DNA of 64,000 bases from Alphaproteobacteria bacterium (GCA_965214705.1 OZ243972.1:3584001-3648000); one strand, 5' to 3'. Shown: positions 31,561 to 41,136, counted from the first letter of the stretch. The notes: generated by a model not told the origin, from the sequence alone. A program made the numbers and translations.

Positions 31561-31805
31561 TGCGGCCGGCGTGCGTAACGTTCCTTCACGACGGGATCAG
31601 CTTCCACCGGCGTGTCCAGTGCGGCGACGAACGCGTCCCAGGCCTCATCGTCGAGGGCGATAATCGGACGCTCGTTCAGAGTCTCAATCGCCGCCGCCTC
31701 GCTCGACCGCAGCACGAATTCGGTCCGTGTGACACCCCGTATCGCCGCCGCGCGGTCGATGAAGGCGAGTCGCTCTTCGGACATCCGGAAGTTGACCTGG
31801 GCCAT
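31548..31805 (-). CDS. DUF1778 ribbon-helix-helix antitoxin (TacA-like)
   Basis: VNFRMS...IDRAA..G..RTEFVL...L...AWDAFVAALD.P. Confidence 0.88.
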   Translation of the reverse strand: MAQVNFRMSEERLAFIDRAAAIRGVTRTEFVLRSSEAAAIETLNERPIIALDDEAWDAFVAALDTPVEADPVVKERYARRPQWDR

Positions 31806-31853
31806 TGTGGCTTCCCTCGCGCGGATTGCGGACGCTTGACCTTCAGACCCGAG

Positions 31854-31882
31854 TGTATAGCATATGTATAGACAACTGGCAA
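31854..31882 (-). promoter_or_regulatory. Probable sigma70 promoter/operator of the TA operon
   Basis: Minus strand TTGCCA-17 nt-TATACA; overlapped by the direct repeat TGTATAG at 31854-31860 and 31865-31871. Confidence 0.55.
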
Positions 31883-31910
31883 TCGGGTACGCGTCCTGGA
31901 CAGCGTGACG

Positions 31911-34900
31911 TTAGTGTGGCGCCGATTCTCCGGCGAGGGCGCAGAGGTCGCGTAGGATGCGCTGGACGCCCTCCAGCCTCGCCTCGGTATCGGGCCAGCG
32001 GCGCGTGGCGACGAGGCGGTTGTCGGGCCGGAGACGCAGCTCGTTCTCCGGCGCCGAGACGTAGCGGACCAGTGCCGCGGGCTCGCCAAAGCCGCCGTCC
32101 CGGAAGCTAAGCACCGCGCCCTTCGGGCCGGCCTCGACGCGCTCGATGCCACTCTTCCGGCAGAGCTGCTTGATGGCCATGATTTCGAGCAGATGGTGCA
32201 CCGATGCCGGCGGCGGGCCGAAGCGGTCGGTCAGCTCGTCAACGAAGGCGTCGATCCCGGCCTGGTCTTCGAGCGCGGCGACCCGGCGGTAGAGGGTGAG
32301 CCGCACGTCGAGATCGCGCACGTAGCTCTCCGGGATCAGCACCGAGGTGCCGAGGCTGATGGTGGGCGACCAGCGCTCGGCCGGCGGCGCCTCACCGCCC
32401 GCAGCGGCGCGCGCGGTGGCCACGGCCTCCTCCAGCATGTGCTGGTAGAGCTCGATGCCGACCTCGCGGATGTGGCCCGACTGCTCGGCGCCCAGAAGGT
32501 TTCCCGCGCCTCTGATGTCGAGATCGTGGCTCGCCAGGCTGAAGCCGGCGCCGAGGCCGTCGAGGCGGTGGATGACCTGGAGCCGCTTGTGGGCGGTGTC
32601 CGTCAGCCGATGGCCGGGCGGGAGCGTCAGATACGCGTAGCCGCGCAGCTTCGCCCGGCCGATGCGTCCGCGCAGTTGATAGAGCTGGGCGAGCCCGAAT
32701 CGGTCCGCGCGATGGACAATCATGGTGTTGACCCGCTGCAGGTCGAGCCCCGATTCGATAATCGCGGTGGAGACCAGCACGTCGAACTTACCGTCGTAGA
32801 AGTCGCCCATGACGGTATCGAGGGAGCGCGCCGCGAGTCGGCCGTGGGCGACGGCGACCTTCACCTCGGGCACCAGCCGGCGCACGCGCTCGGCCACCTC
32901 GTCGAGGTCGGCGATACGCGGGCACACGTAGAAGGTCTGCCCGCCGCGCAGGTGCTCGCGCATCAACGCCTCGCGCACGACCACCGGGTCGAAGGGCAGG
33001 ATGAAGGTGCGCACCGCGAGGCGATCCACCGGCGGCGTCGCGATGACGCTCATGTCGCGCACGCCGCTCAGCGCCATCTGAAGCGTGCGGGGAATCGGCG
33101 TCGCGGTGAGGGTCAGGACATGGGTCTCGGCCTTGAGTTGCTTCAGCCGCTCCTTGTGGGCGACGCCGAAGTGCTGCTCCTCGTCCACGACGACGAGACC
33201 GAGATCGTTGAAGGCGATTTGCTTGCCGAGCAGCGCATGCGTGCCGATGACGATGTCGGTGGTGCCGGCGGCGATGCCGCGCCTGGTCTCGGCCTGCTCC
33301 TTGGCGGGCACGAGACGCGAGAGCTGGGCGATCTCCACCGGCAGCCGGGCGAAGCGCTCGCTGAAGGTCTGCATGTGCTGCCGGGCGAGCAGCGTGGTCG
33401 GCGTCAGCACCGCGACCTGCTTGCCCGCCTGAACCGCGTGAAAGGCGGCGCGCAGAGCCACTTCGGTCTTGCCGAAGCCGACATCGCCGCAGATCAGGCG
33501 GTCCATCGCGCGACCGGCGTCGAGATCGCCGATGGCCTCGTCGATGGCGCGCGCCTGGTCCTCGGTCTCGACGTAAGGGAAGCCTGAACAAAAGGCGTCG
33601 TAGAGGGCGCCCGGCGCCGTCAACTGCGGCGCGGGCCGGGTCGCGCGCTCGGCGGCGAGGCCGATGAGCTGGTTCGCCATGTCGCGGATGCGCTGCTTGA
33701 GCTTCGCCTTGCGCGCCTGCCAGCCGGCCCCGCCCAGCCGGTCCAGCGCGACCGGACGGTCGGCCGAGCCGTAGCGCGAGAGCAGGTCGATGTTCTCGAC
33801 CGGCAGGAAGAGCCGGTCGTCGCCCTCGTAGAGGATGCGCAGGCAGTCGTGCGGGGCGTGATAGACCTCCAGGGTGACCAGGCCGTCGTAGCGGCCGATG
33901 CCGTGGTCGACGTGCACGACCAGATCGCCGTCGGCGAGCGCCGTCACATCGACCAGGAACTCGTCGGCGGGCTTGCGGCGGCGACGCTCCGGTCGGCTCG
34001 CGCGCGCACCGAGAATGTCCTGCTCGGCGATCACGGCGAGGCCATCCGAGACGAAACCCCGCTCCAGCGGCAGCACGGCCGCCGCCGCCATCTCGGGCGG
34101 CAGCGCGCATGCCGCCTGCCAGTCCGCGACCGGCTCGATCGCGTGCACGCCGTGCTCCCGCAGCAGGCGGACCATGCGGTCGCGGCTGCCCGCGCCGCCG
34201 CCCGCGATCAGCACCCTGAGACCGCTCTCCTGCAGCCGGTCGATGTGATCGCCCACCGCCTCGAACAGCGCCCCGTGACGCTGCGCGCGCTCAGCGACGA
34301 AGTCGCGCCCATCACGGGCGCCTGCGTCCGCGCCGCCCTCAGCCTCGACGAAGGGCGAGCACTGCGCGACCGGTCGGTCCGCGAGGCGCTGCCCCCATTC
34401 GTCGGCGTCGAGAAAGAGCGTTTCGGGTGGGACCGGGTGATAGGGCGTGTCCGCGACCGACGAGGTGGGCGGGTTCGCGCGCGCACCGTAGAAATCGGCG
34501 ATGGTCTCGAAGCGGTCGTCGCGCACGTCCGCCGCGCGGTGGTCGAGGAGCACCGGACCCTCGGGGATGTAGTCGAAGAGCGTCTCCAGCCCGTCGTGGA
34601 ACATCGGCAACCAGTGCTCGATGCCGGGGTAACGCCTGCCGGCGCTGACCGCTTCGTAGAGCGGATCGTCGCCCGTCACGGCCCCGAACGTGCGACGGTA
34701 GGCGCCACGGAAACGCGCGATGGACTGCGGCGTGAGCAGGACTTCGCTGACTGGCGCGAGGTGCAACGCGCCGGCAGGCTCGGCACGGCGCTGCGACACG
34801 GGATCGAACCAGTGCATGGTCTCGATCACGTCGCCGAAAAAGTCGAGCCGCACTGGGCGCTCGGCATTGGGGGGGAAGATATCGACGATGCCGCCGCGCA

Positions 34901-35408
34901 CGGCGTAGTCGCCGGCCTCCATCACCGTGCCGGTGCGCACGAACCCATTCCGCTCCAGGTAGGCCAGCAGGGCCTCGGTATCGAGCGACGCACCTCCATC
35001 CAGCGGCAGGGTGGCGTCGGCGAGCATCGTCCGGGGCGGCACCCGCTGGACCGCTGCGTTGACCGTGGTGAGCACCACCTTCGGCCGCGCGGCGTCGTTG
35101 CCGAGCAGTTTGACGAGGCCGGCGAGGCGCCGGCTGGCGATATCGGCGCGTGGCGAGACCCGGTCGTAGGGCAGGCAGTCCCAGGCAGGGATGGTGACCG
35201 GGGCACAGTCGGGATCGAAGAAGGCGAGCATCGCAGAGAGGCGCGCGAGCCTGGCATCGTCGCGGGCGATGTAGAGGACAGGCGCGGTCTGCGTCTCTGC
35301 CAGCCGGAGCAGAACCACAGCCGCGAAGCCCTCGGGAACGCCGCCCAGGCTGGTCTCGCCTGGCGCGGCGAGGGCGCGCAGGCAGTGGTCGGGGACGAGC
35401 ACGGTCAA
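31911..35408 (-). CDS. mfd: Transcription-repair coupling factor
   Basis: WDCLPYDRVSP, HGIGRY, CGDVGFGKTEVA, DEEQHFGV, TATPIPRT and QLRGRIGR. Confidence 0.97.
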   Translation of the reverse strand: MTVLVPDHCLRALAAPGETSLGGVPEGFAAVVLLRLAETQTAPVLYIARDDARLARLSAMLAFFDPDCAPVTIPAWDCLPYDRVSPRADIASRRLAGLVKLLGNDAARPKVVLTTVNAAVQRVPPRTMLADATLPLDGGASLDTEALLAYLERNGFVRTGTVMEAGDYAVRGGIVDIFPPNAERPVRLDFFGDVIETMHWFDPVSQRRAEPAGALHLAPVSEVLLTPQSIARFRGAYRRTFGAVTGDDPLYEAVSAGRRYPGIEHWLPMFHDGLETLFDYIPEGPVLLDHRAADVRDDRFETIADFYGARANPPTSSVADTPYHPVPPETLFLDADEWGQRLADRPVAQCSPFVEAEGGADAGARDGRDFVAERAQRHGALFEAVGDHIDRLQESGLRVLIAGGGAGSRDRMVRLLREHGVHAIEPVADWQAACALPPEMAAAAVLPLERGFVSDGLAVIAEQDILGARASRPERRRRKPADEFLVDVTALADGDLVVHVDHGIGRYDGLVTLEVYHAPHDCLRILYEGDDRLFLPVENIDLLSRYGSADRPVALDRLGGAGWQARKAKLKQRIRDMANQLIGLAAERATRPAPQLTAPGALYDAFCSGFPYVETEDQARAIDEAIGDLDAGRAMDRLICGDVGFGKTEVALRAAFHAVQAGKQVAVLTPTTLLARQHMQTFSERFARLPVEIAQLSRLVPAKEQAETRRGIAAGTTDIVIGTHALLGKQIAFNDLGLVVVDEEQHFGVAHKERLKQLKAETHVLTLTATPIPRTLQMALSGVRDMSVIATPPVDRLAVRTFILPFDPVVVREALMREHLRGGQTFYVCPRIADLDEVAERVRRLVPEVKVAVAHGRLAARSLDTVMGDFYDGKFDVLVSTAIIESGLDLQRVNTMIVHRADRFGLAQLYQLRGRIGRAKLRGYAYLTLPPGHRLTDTAHKRLQVIHRLDGLGAGFSLASHDLDIRGAGNLLGAEQSGHIREVGIELYQHMLEEAVATARAAAGGEAPPAERWSPTISLGTSVLIPESYVRDLDVRLTLYRRVAALEDQAGIDAFVDELTDRFGPPPASVHHLLEIMAIKQLCRKSGIERVEAGPKGAVLSFRDGGFGEPAALVRYVSAPENELRLRPDNRLVATRRWPDTEARLEGVQRILRDLCALAGESAPH

Positions 35409-35692
35409 CGGCGGCGATCGCGGTGGCGGCTCATGGCCTCGCGCCTGAGCCGCGCCATGAACGGCGTGTCGTGTTCGGTAGGCACCGGCGTCCGCCCGCT
35501 GATCCAGTTGGTGATGTCCACGTCGTTCGCGGTCAGCAGGCGTTCCGCTTGCGCCACTTCATCGGGCGGGAGCTGGGGACCGAGCCGGGCGATGACATCG
35601 CCGACCAGGAGGTCGGTCTCCTTGGTGCCGGTGCGCGCCGAGCGATAGCGGAGCCGCCTGCGCCTGGTTTCGATGTCGAGGCCTTCGATCAT
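35405..35692 (-). CDS. sdhE: Succinate dehydrogenase assembly factor 2 / SdhE
   Basis: RRRRLRYRS..GTKETDLL..D...WI.G; usual position directly upstream of mfd. Confidence 0.8.
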   Translation of the reverse strand: MIEGLDIETRRRRLRYRSARTGTKETDLLVGDVIARLGPQLPPDEVAQAERLLTANDVDITNWISGRTPVPTEHDTPFMARLRREAMSRHRDRRR

Positions 35693-35723
35693 GGCGGGCG
35701 TGGCCTCAGCGCCGCGGGCGCGC

Positions 35724-36920
35724 TCAGCCCGCCATGACGGCGGCCGGGTCACGGCCGACAATCCGGCGGTAGATGGCGGGGTCGGTCGCGCCCTCGCTGC
35801 CGATGACGAGGACCCGGGAGGCTTCGTCCAGGCCCAGGGCCGCGCGCGCCTCCGCATCGCCGGCCACGGCCATCAGCCCGCCGAGCGAGGCGGCGCCGGA
35901 CTCGCCAAGCACGAGCGGCGGATCGCCGCCGATGGGCGCCGCGGCGAAGCGCATGGCGTCGGTGGCACCGTCATCGTCGAGCGCCATGAAGGCGAAGGCG
36001 CCTCGCGCGAGTACTTGCCAGGCCAAAGGCGAGACCTCGGCGGCCGCGAGGCAGGCCATCACCGTGTCGAGATCCCCCGAGGCTGGACTCGGCTTGCCGT
36101 TGACCGCGCTCTGGTAGAGGCAGTCGGCGGTCGTCGGCTCCACCATCACGCCCTTCGGGCAGTCGGTTCCGAGGTCCTGGCGGAAGGCACCGATCACCGC
36201 GGCCGCGAGCCCGCCGACACCGGCCTGGACGAAGAGATGGGTCGGCACTGTGCCGCTCAGCGCATCCCTGGTCTCGTCCACCAGCATGGCGTAGCCGTGC
36301 ATGACCCGGCTCGGTGCCTCGTCGCCGCCGGCGTGGGAGGTGTCGGAGACCAGCAGCCAGCCCCTGGCGCGGGCGTCTTCGGCGCAGGCCTCCACCGCCT
36401 CGTCGTAGCTGCCGGCGATGCGCACGATGGCGGCGCCCTGGCCAGCGATGGCACGCTCGCGACCCTCGCTCACCGGTCCAGGCAGAAACACAGTGCACTT
36501 GGCGCCGGCGCGGCGCGCACCCCAGGCCACCGCGAGTCCGTGGTTGCCGTCGGTCGCACAGCACACCGTCACGTCGCTCACGCGCGCGGCGGCCCGGCCG
36601 GCGGCAACATCCGCGATGGAGACGTCGCTTCCCAGCCGCTCGCGCAATAGGTGCACCACGGCATAGGCGCCGCCCAACGCCTTGAAGCTGCCGAGACCGA
36701 AGCGCCCGCTCTCGTCCTTGAGCCAGAGCGTCCCGATGCCGCGCGTGCCGGCGAGGCCGTCCAATTGATGCAGCGGGGTGGGCTGGTAGCCCTCGAAGCC
36801 CGTGATCGCGGTGCGTGCTGCGGCGCGGCGCTCCGGAACGATCACCGGATCGACGTCGTCGACGCTCCCTCGCGCGGGCGTGTAGCGCGGGTTAACGTGG
36901 AGGCGAAAGGGGACGGTCAT
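35724..36920 (-). CDS. dpaL: Diaminopropionate ammonia-lyase
   Basis: KDESGRFGLGSFKALGG, ATDGNHG, VSDTS, QAGVGG and GESGAA. Confidence 0.88.
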   Translation of the reverse strand: MTVPFRLHVNPRYTPARGSVDDVDPVIVPERRAAARTAITGFEGYQPTPLHQLDGLAGTRGIGTLWLKDESGRFGLGSFKALGGAYAVVHLLRERLGSDVSIADVAAGRAAARVSDVTVCCATDGNHGLAVAWGARRAGAKCTVFLPGPVSEGRERAIAGQGAAIVRIAGSYDEAVEACAEDARARGWLLVSDTSHAGGDEAPSRVMHGYAMLVDETRDALSGTVPTHLFVQAGVGGLAAAVIGAFRQDLGTDCPKGVMVEPTTADCLYQSAVNGKPSPASGDLDTVMACLAAAEVSPLAWQVLARGAFAFMALDDDGATDAMRFAAAPIGGDPPLVLGESGAASLGGLMAVAGDAEARAALGLDEASRVLVIGSEGATDPAIYRRIVGRDPAAVMAG

Positions 36921-36934
36921 GGCGTGGTCCCGGT

Positions 36935-37912
36935 CTAGCGCAGGTCCGCGAGCAAGGGCATGACCTCGTCCGCGAAGCGTTGCAGGTGGGCCGCCTTCTC
37001 GCTTTCCGCCGCGAGCGTGTTCACCACGACATGGCGCACACCGACCGCGTGGAAGGCTCGGATCGCCTCCGCGACGTCCGCCGCTCCCCCGAGCGCGCAG
37101 TAGCGCTCCGCTGCTTTGGAAAAATCCATGGCGTAGCGGACGCTCAGGAACTTGGCCGCGAATTCGAGTGCGCTTTCGCGGTCCTTGTCGAGCCGGACGA
37201 ACAGCAGGTGCGATGTGCCGAAGCGTTCCAGGGTGCGGCCGGATTCGGTTGCGGCGGCGGCGATGGTCTCGAGCGAGCGGCGGTAGCGCTTGGGGTCGAC
37301 GACGTAGGACATCCAGCCGTCCGCAAGCCGGCCAGCGCGACGGAGCGCGGGATCGGAGCGGCCGCCGCACCAGATCGGCGGGCCGCCCGGCCGTGCCGGT
37401 GGCGGGTCGATCGCGACTTCGGGGAAGGGGTAGAAGCGGCCGTCGTGGGCGACCGGGCCGCCGGACCAGAGCTTGCGCAGGACGCGAATCCCCTCGCTGA
37501 GCCGGGCACCTCGCTCTTCCACCGGCACCCCGCACAGCTCGAACTCGACGGGGAACTCGCCGCCGACACCGACGCCGAAGATCACCCGACCGTTCGAGAT
37601 CATGTCGAGGCTCGCGACCTGCTTCGCAACGGGCGCCGGATGGCGGAGCGGCAGCAGATAGACCGCCGTGCCCACGGTGAGCCGGTCGCTGATTGCAGCG
37701 GCTTGGGCGAGCTGCACCAGCGGATCGAGGATCGGGCCCGCGAAGGCCACGTGATCGCCTGACCAGATCGAATCGAAACCGAGTGAATCGAGCAAGCGCA
37801 CGGTCTCGGGCAGGTCGCGGCCGGCCGCCGCTCCCTCGGCATCGTCGTATCCCGTCGGCGCCAGCACATTCTGGTAGCCGATGCTCAGTTTCGGTTCGAG
37901 GGGCAGATCCAC
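36935..37912 (-). CDS. Luciferase-like (LLM-class) flavin-dependent oxidoreductase
   Basis: GFDSIWSGDH, LPLRHP, SNGRVIFGVGVG and PIWCGG. Confidence 0.88.
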   Translation of the reverse strand: MDLPLEPKLSIGYQNVLAPTGYDDAEGAAAGRDLPETVRLLDSLGFDSIWSGDHVAFAGPILDPLVQLAQAAAISDRLTVGTAVYLLPLRHPAPVAKQVASLDMISNGRVIFGVGVGGEFPVEFELCGVPVEERGARLSEGIRVLRKLWSGGPVAHDGRFYPFPEVAIDPPPARPGGPPIWCGGRSDPALRRAGRLADGWMSYVVDPKRYRRSLETIAAAATESGRTLERFGTSHLLFVRLDKDRESALEFAAKFLSVRYAMDFSKAAERYCALGGAADVAEAIRAFHAVGVRHVVVNTLAAESEKAAHLQRFADEVMPLLADLR

Positions 37913-37982
37913 AACCGGCTCCCGCGTTGGAAAATTGGCCGCGCACTCTAAAGGGTTTCCGTTTCACACGAAAACGCTCTAG

Positions 37983-38131
37983 GGAACCTCTGATTTATCA
38001 GGTGTTCCCGTGGCACAGGGATGTGCCACCATTTTCGGTGGCTGTAAGTCACTGAAAATGTGAGCAAAGCGGAAAGCGCGCTTCCGCCTTGCGCGTCTGA
38101 GAAATGCAGGAGGCACTTATTCAGACCTTCC
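37983..38131. mobile_element. 149-bp non-autonomous IS5-type MITE
   Basis: Ends GGAACCTCTGATTTA / GGAAGGTCTGAATAA (reverse complement), similar to the IS5 TIR; CTAG on both sides (37979-37982, 38132-38135); no credible ORF. Confidence 0.78.
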
Positions 38132-38135
38132 CTAG

Positions 38136-39337
38136 GGAAGGTCTGATCAAGTCGGGTGTGCCATGATTTGCGCATGAGTCGCGGATTGGATGATCGGGTC
38201 ATGGCACAGGCAAGCTTTGCGGAACTGGAGCACGACTTGAAGAAGCGCCGGACGCGGCGCGAGCTGTTCCTTGAGAAGATGGACGAGCTGGTTCCCTGGG
38301 AGCGGCTGGAGCGACGGATCGAGCCGTTCTATCCGAAGGCGGGGCGCGGTCGGCGCCCGTACCCGCTTGGGGTGATGCTGCGGGTTCACTGCGTGCAGCT
38401 GTTCTACAACCTGAGCGATCCGGGAATGGAGGACCTGCTCTACGAGGTGGAGTCGGTGAGGCGTTTCGTGGGGCTGCGCCTGACGGAGGCGCTGCCCGAC
38501 GAGACCACCATCCTGAACTTCCGGCATCTTCTGGAGAAGCACGGCCTGGGCGAGGGTCTGTTCGAGGAGATCAATGCGCACCTTGCGTCGCGTGGCCATC
38601 GGCTGCGCACGGGGACGATCGTTGACGCGAGCATCATCGAGGCGCCGTCGTCGACGAAGAACCGGCGCCGCGCACGGGACCCTGAGATGCGTCAGACGAA
38701 GAAGGGCAAGCAGTGGTATTTCGGGATGAAGGCGCACATCGGGGTGGACGCCGGGTCGGGTCTGGCGCACAGCGTGGTGACGACGGCGGCCAACGCAAGC
38801 GACGTGACGCAGGCGGGAGCGCTGCTGCATGGCGCTGAGACGACGGCGTGGGGCGACGCGGGCTACCAGGGGGTGGAGAAGCGTCCCGAGCACCGGGATG
38901 GCGGTGTCGAGTGGCGTGTGGCGATGAAGCCGGGGCGGCGCCGGCTGCTGGCCGGGGGTGGCGCCGAAGCGGCGGCGGAGACGCGCAAGGCGTCGGTGCG
39001 GGCGAAGGTGGAGCATCCGTTCCTGTACGTGAAGCGGCACTTCGGCTACGCCAAGGTGCGCTACCGGGGCGTGGCGAAGAACAGGCAGCGCATCGCGTTG
39101 CTACTGGGGTTCTCGAACCTGCTGATCGCCGGCCGCTACGCGACGCAATGACAGGGGAGCAGTCCGCCCGCCGCCGGCGGGACGACGGGGAATGCGGCGG
39201 ATCGACGCGGATATCGCCCGTTCGCTCCGTATCCCGCGACAAAAGCAGCCCCCGGCCTGCCGGCAATATCGTCGAGCTTCAAATCCAAGCCCCCTCTCCC
39301 CCTCGAAGCCGCCAAGATGGGGTTGTTCAGACTTTCC
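38136..39337 (+). mobile_element. IS5-family insertion sequence, copy B (1202 bp)
   Basis: Same TIRs as copy A; CTAG at 38132-38135 and 39338-39341. Confidence 0.93.
38201..39151 (+). CDS. IS5-family transposase
   Basis: Near-identical to 29962-30912 (about 10 aa differences by eye). Confidence 0.93.
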   Translation: MAQASFAELEHDLKKRRTRRELFLEKMDELVPWERLERRIEPFYPKAGRGRRPYPLGVMLRVHCVQLFYNLSDPGMEDLLYEVESVRRFVGLRLTEALPDETTILNFRHLLEKHGLGEGLFEEINAHLASRGHRLRTGTIVDASIIEAPSSTKNRRRARDPEMRQTKKGKQWYFGMKAHIGVDAGSGLAHSVVTTAANASDVTQAGALLHGAETTAWGDAGYQGVEKRPEHRDGGVEWRVAMKPGRRRLLAGGGAEAAAETRKASVRAKVEHPFLYVKRHFGYAKVRYRGVAKNRQRIALLLGFSNLLIAGRYATQ

Positions 39338-39585
39338 CTAGCAATTCATTGCTCACGGTTGCCTGCCGTCCTGAGGTTCCGCGCGCCTACCGGCGCGACA
39401 GCCCGCATGCCTCGCCAGGGTCACGGCCTGCGTCGCGCCCAGGGACCCACCCGCAGCGTCGCGCGTCGACGCGCGCGGAGCGCACGGTGCGGGGCTCAAC
39501 CGCAGTCCCTGATACGCTTTTCGGCCCGCCCTTGGCGGATCGAGCGCCTGGGCCTAATTCGTGCGAAAATCTGGCTTGGGCCCGC

Positions 39586-41037
39586 TCAGCGGGTGCCGGC
39601 GAAGCCGGCGCCCAAGTCGTCGCGCACGAGCGTGCCGCCCATACCCTCGTGGGAGGCGCCGAAGAACGCGCCGGTGATCACTCCCTCGTCGCCGCCAGTG
39701 CGGGCGAAGACGTTGCCGTCGACGGCGATGTCGTAATTCAGGTCGCCGTCGCCCCACGTTGTGCCGGAGCCGAGAGCGCCGGGAGTGCCGGTCCAGGTTT
39801 CGAGGGACGTGAAGTCCAAGTCGCCGTCCAGGGACGCAAGATCGATGGCGAGGCCGGCGGTGCCGGCCACGGTCTGGCCCGAAGGCGTGAGGCCGAGGAG
39901 GCGGCCGGACCAGCTGGCGCTGCCCATGAGCTCCTGGTTGTCGGCGAGGTCGATGCCGGGGCGCGGGCCCATCGCCCAGGGCCGCACCAAGTCGTTTCGC
40001 AGCGACGCGCCGAACGCAAGGTCGTCCAGGTCGCCGCGCACGTGGAGCGATTCGTCCTCCCAGGGACCGAGACCGCTGGCGATTTCGCCGTTAGGCAGGA
40101 TGCCCACGTCAAGAACATTGTAGACCGCGAGCAAGGCCTCGCGGTCGAGCTGGTGCATGACGTAGCCCTCGGTCCCCTGTGCCCCCGACGACTGCATGAC
40201 GGTGGAGGGGAAGCGCGCGGGATTTACGTGCTGGCGACCCAGGGCGTGAATGATCTCGTGCACGAGCGTTTCCATCCGATCGGCGGCATCGGAGGCCCGT
40301 GTGGGGTCGACCCAGACTCGAGTGGAGTTGATAACTCCAAAGATGGTATGGCGGAGCACCGCTATACCGGCGGCGGTATCGCTTGCGGAGGTTTCCCAAT
40401 TCTCGCGTAGGTCGTATTCGACGAGGATCTGGCCGTCGACCGCGTTGGGGTCCATGAGGCCGCCGGGAGCATGGGGCGCCTCGGAGACGGGCGTCGGATC
40501 GACGGTGAGCTGGAAGTCATCTGGCAGGTTGGCGTTGAGGAGCTGAACGGCGCGGACGATCTCGTCGGCCTGTTCTGCCGTGGTGCCTTCGACAAATCGC
40601 ACGACCGGCGCCTGGATGAACCGAAGAACGCCGAACTTTGAGGCTCTGGCATCTTCTCTAAGGTAATCCGTGAGTGCAGCGGCACCGAGGCCGTCTCTTA
40701 ACTGACCGTAGCGCACGGTCGCGCCGTCGTGAGTTGCGACGGATGCAAGGTCGCTTTGTTCGGGCGCAGGCATAGCGCCGACGCGAAGTTCGTCATCGAA
40801 CTGGATGACAGGGGACTGATGGGCCCCTGCGGCGTGAGCCAGCGGCAGAACGAGCTCGGGGACGGGCTCGGGCTCGGGTTCGGAGACAATGGGGTCTTGG
40901 CCGTCGTCCGGCGGCATGGCCCCGCCCGTCTCCGGACCTCCTCCTCCGCCGCCACAGGCGGCAAGCGACAGGAACGCCGCGGTGCAAGCGACTGCAACGA
41001 TCGAAGTCAGTCTGTTTCTAAGCATGGGACGCTCCAT
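39586..41037 (-). CDS. Surface lipoprotein with a metzincin Zn-peptidase domain and a C-terminal TbpB-like beta-barrel
   Basis: Lipobox LAAC-GGGGGG; PE-rich linker; HEIIHALGRQH (HExxHxxGxxH) with a downstream Met (STVMQ); C-terminal ITGAFFGASHEGMGG...GAGFAGTR. Confidence 0.75.
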   Translation of the reverse strand: MERPMLRNRLTSIVAVACTAAFLSLAACGGGGGGPETGGAMPPDDGQDPIVSEPEPEPVPELVLPLAHAAGAHQSPVIQFDDELRVGAMPAPEQSDLASVATHDGATVRYGQLRDGLGAAALTDYLREDARASKFGVLRFIQAPVVRFVEGTTAEQADEIVRAVQLLNANLPDDFQLTVDPTPVSEAPHAPGGLMDPNAVDGQILVEYDLRENWETSASDTAAGIAVLRHTIFGVINSTRVWVDPTRASDAADRMETLVHEIIHALGRQHVNPARFPSTVMQSSGAQGTEGYVMHQLDREALLAVYNVLDVGILPNGEIASGLGPWEDESLHVRGDLDDLAFGASLRNDLVRPWAMGPRPGIDLADNQELMGSASWSGRLLGLTPSGQTVAGTAGLAIDLASLDGDLDFTSLETWTGTPGALGSGTTWGDGDLNYDIAVDGNVFARTGGDEGVITGAFFGASHEGMGGTLVRDDLGAGFAGTR

Positions 41038-41136
41038 ATCTTTCGGCTGCCTCAGCCCAAGCGCTTGCGATCCCTACTCAAAGTCGTGAGGGTGCCCGGC
41101 TCATAGACGTGTGCCAGTTGCAGCGGTTCAGGGTGA

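Noticed and set aside
35724-37967. N-terminally extended ORF calls (747-aa dpaL; similarly bioD, the aminotransferase, SDR, the dehydratase, and ggt running across the tRNA)
   Set aside because: The extensions overlap neighbouring genes in other frames; starts were reset to positions supported by motifs or RBSs.
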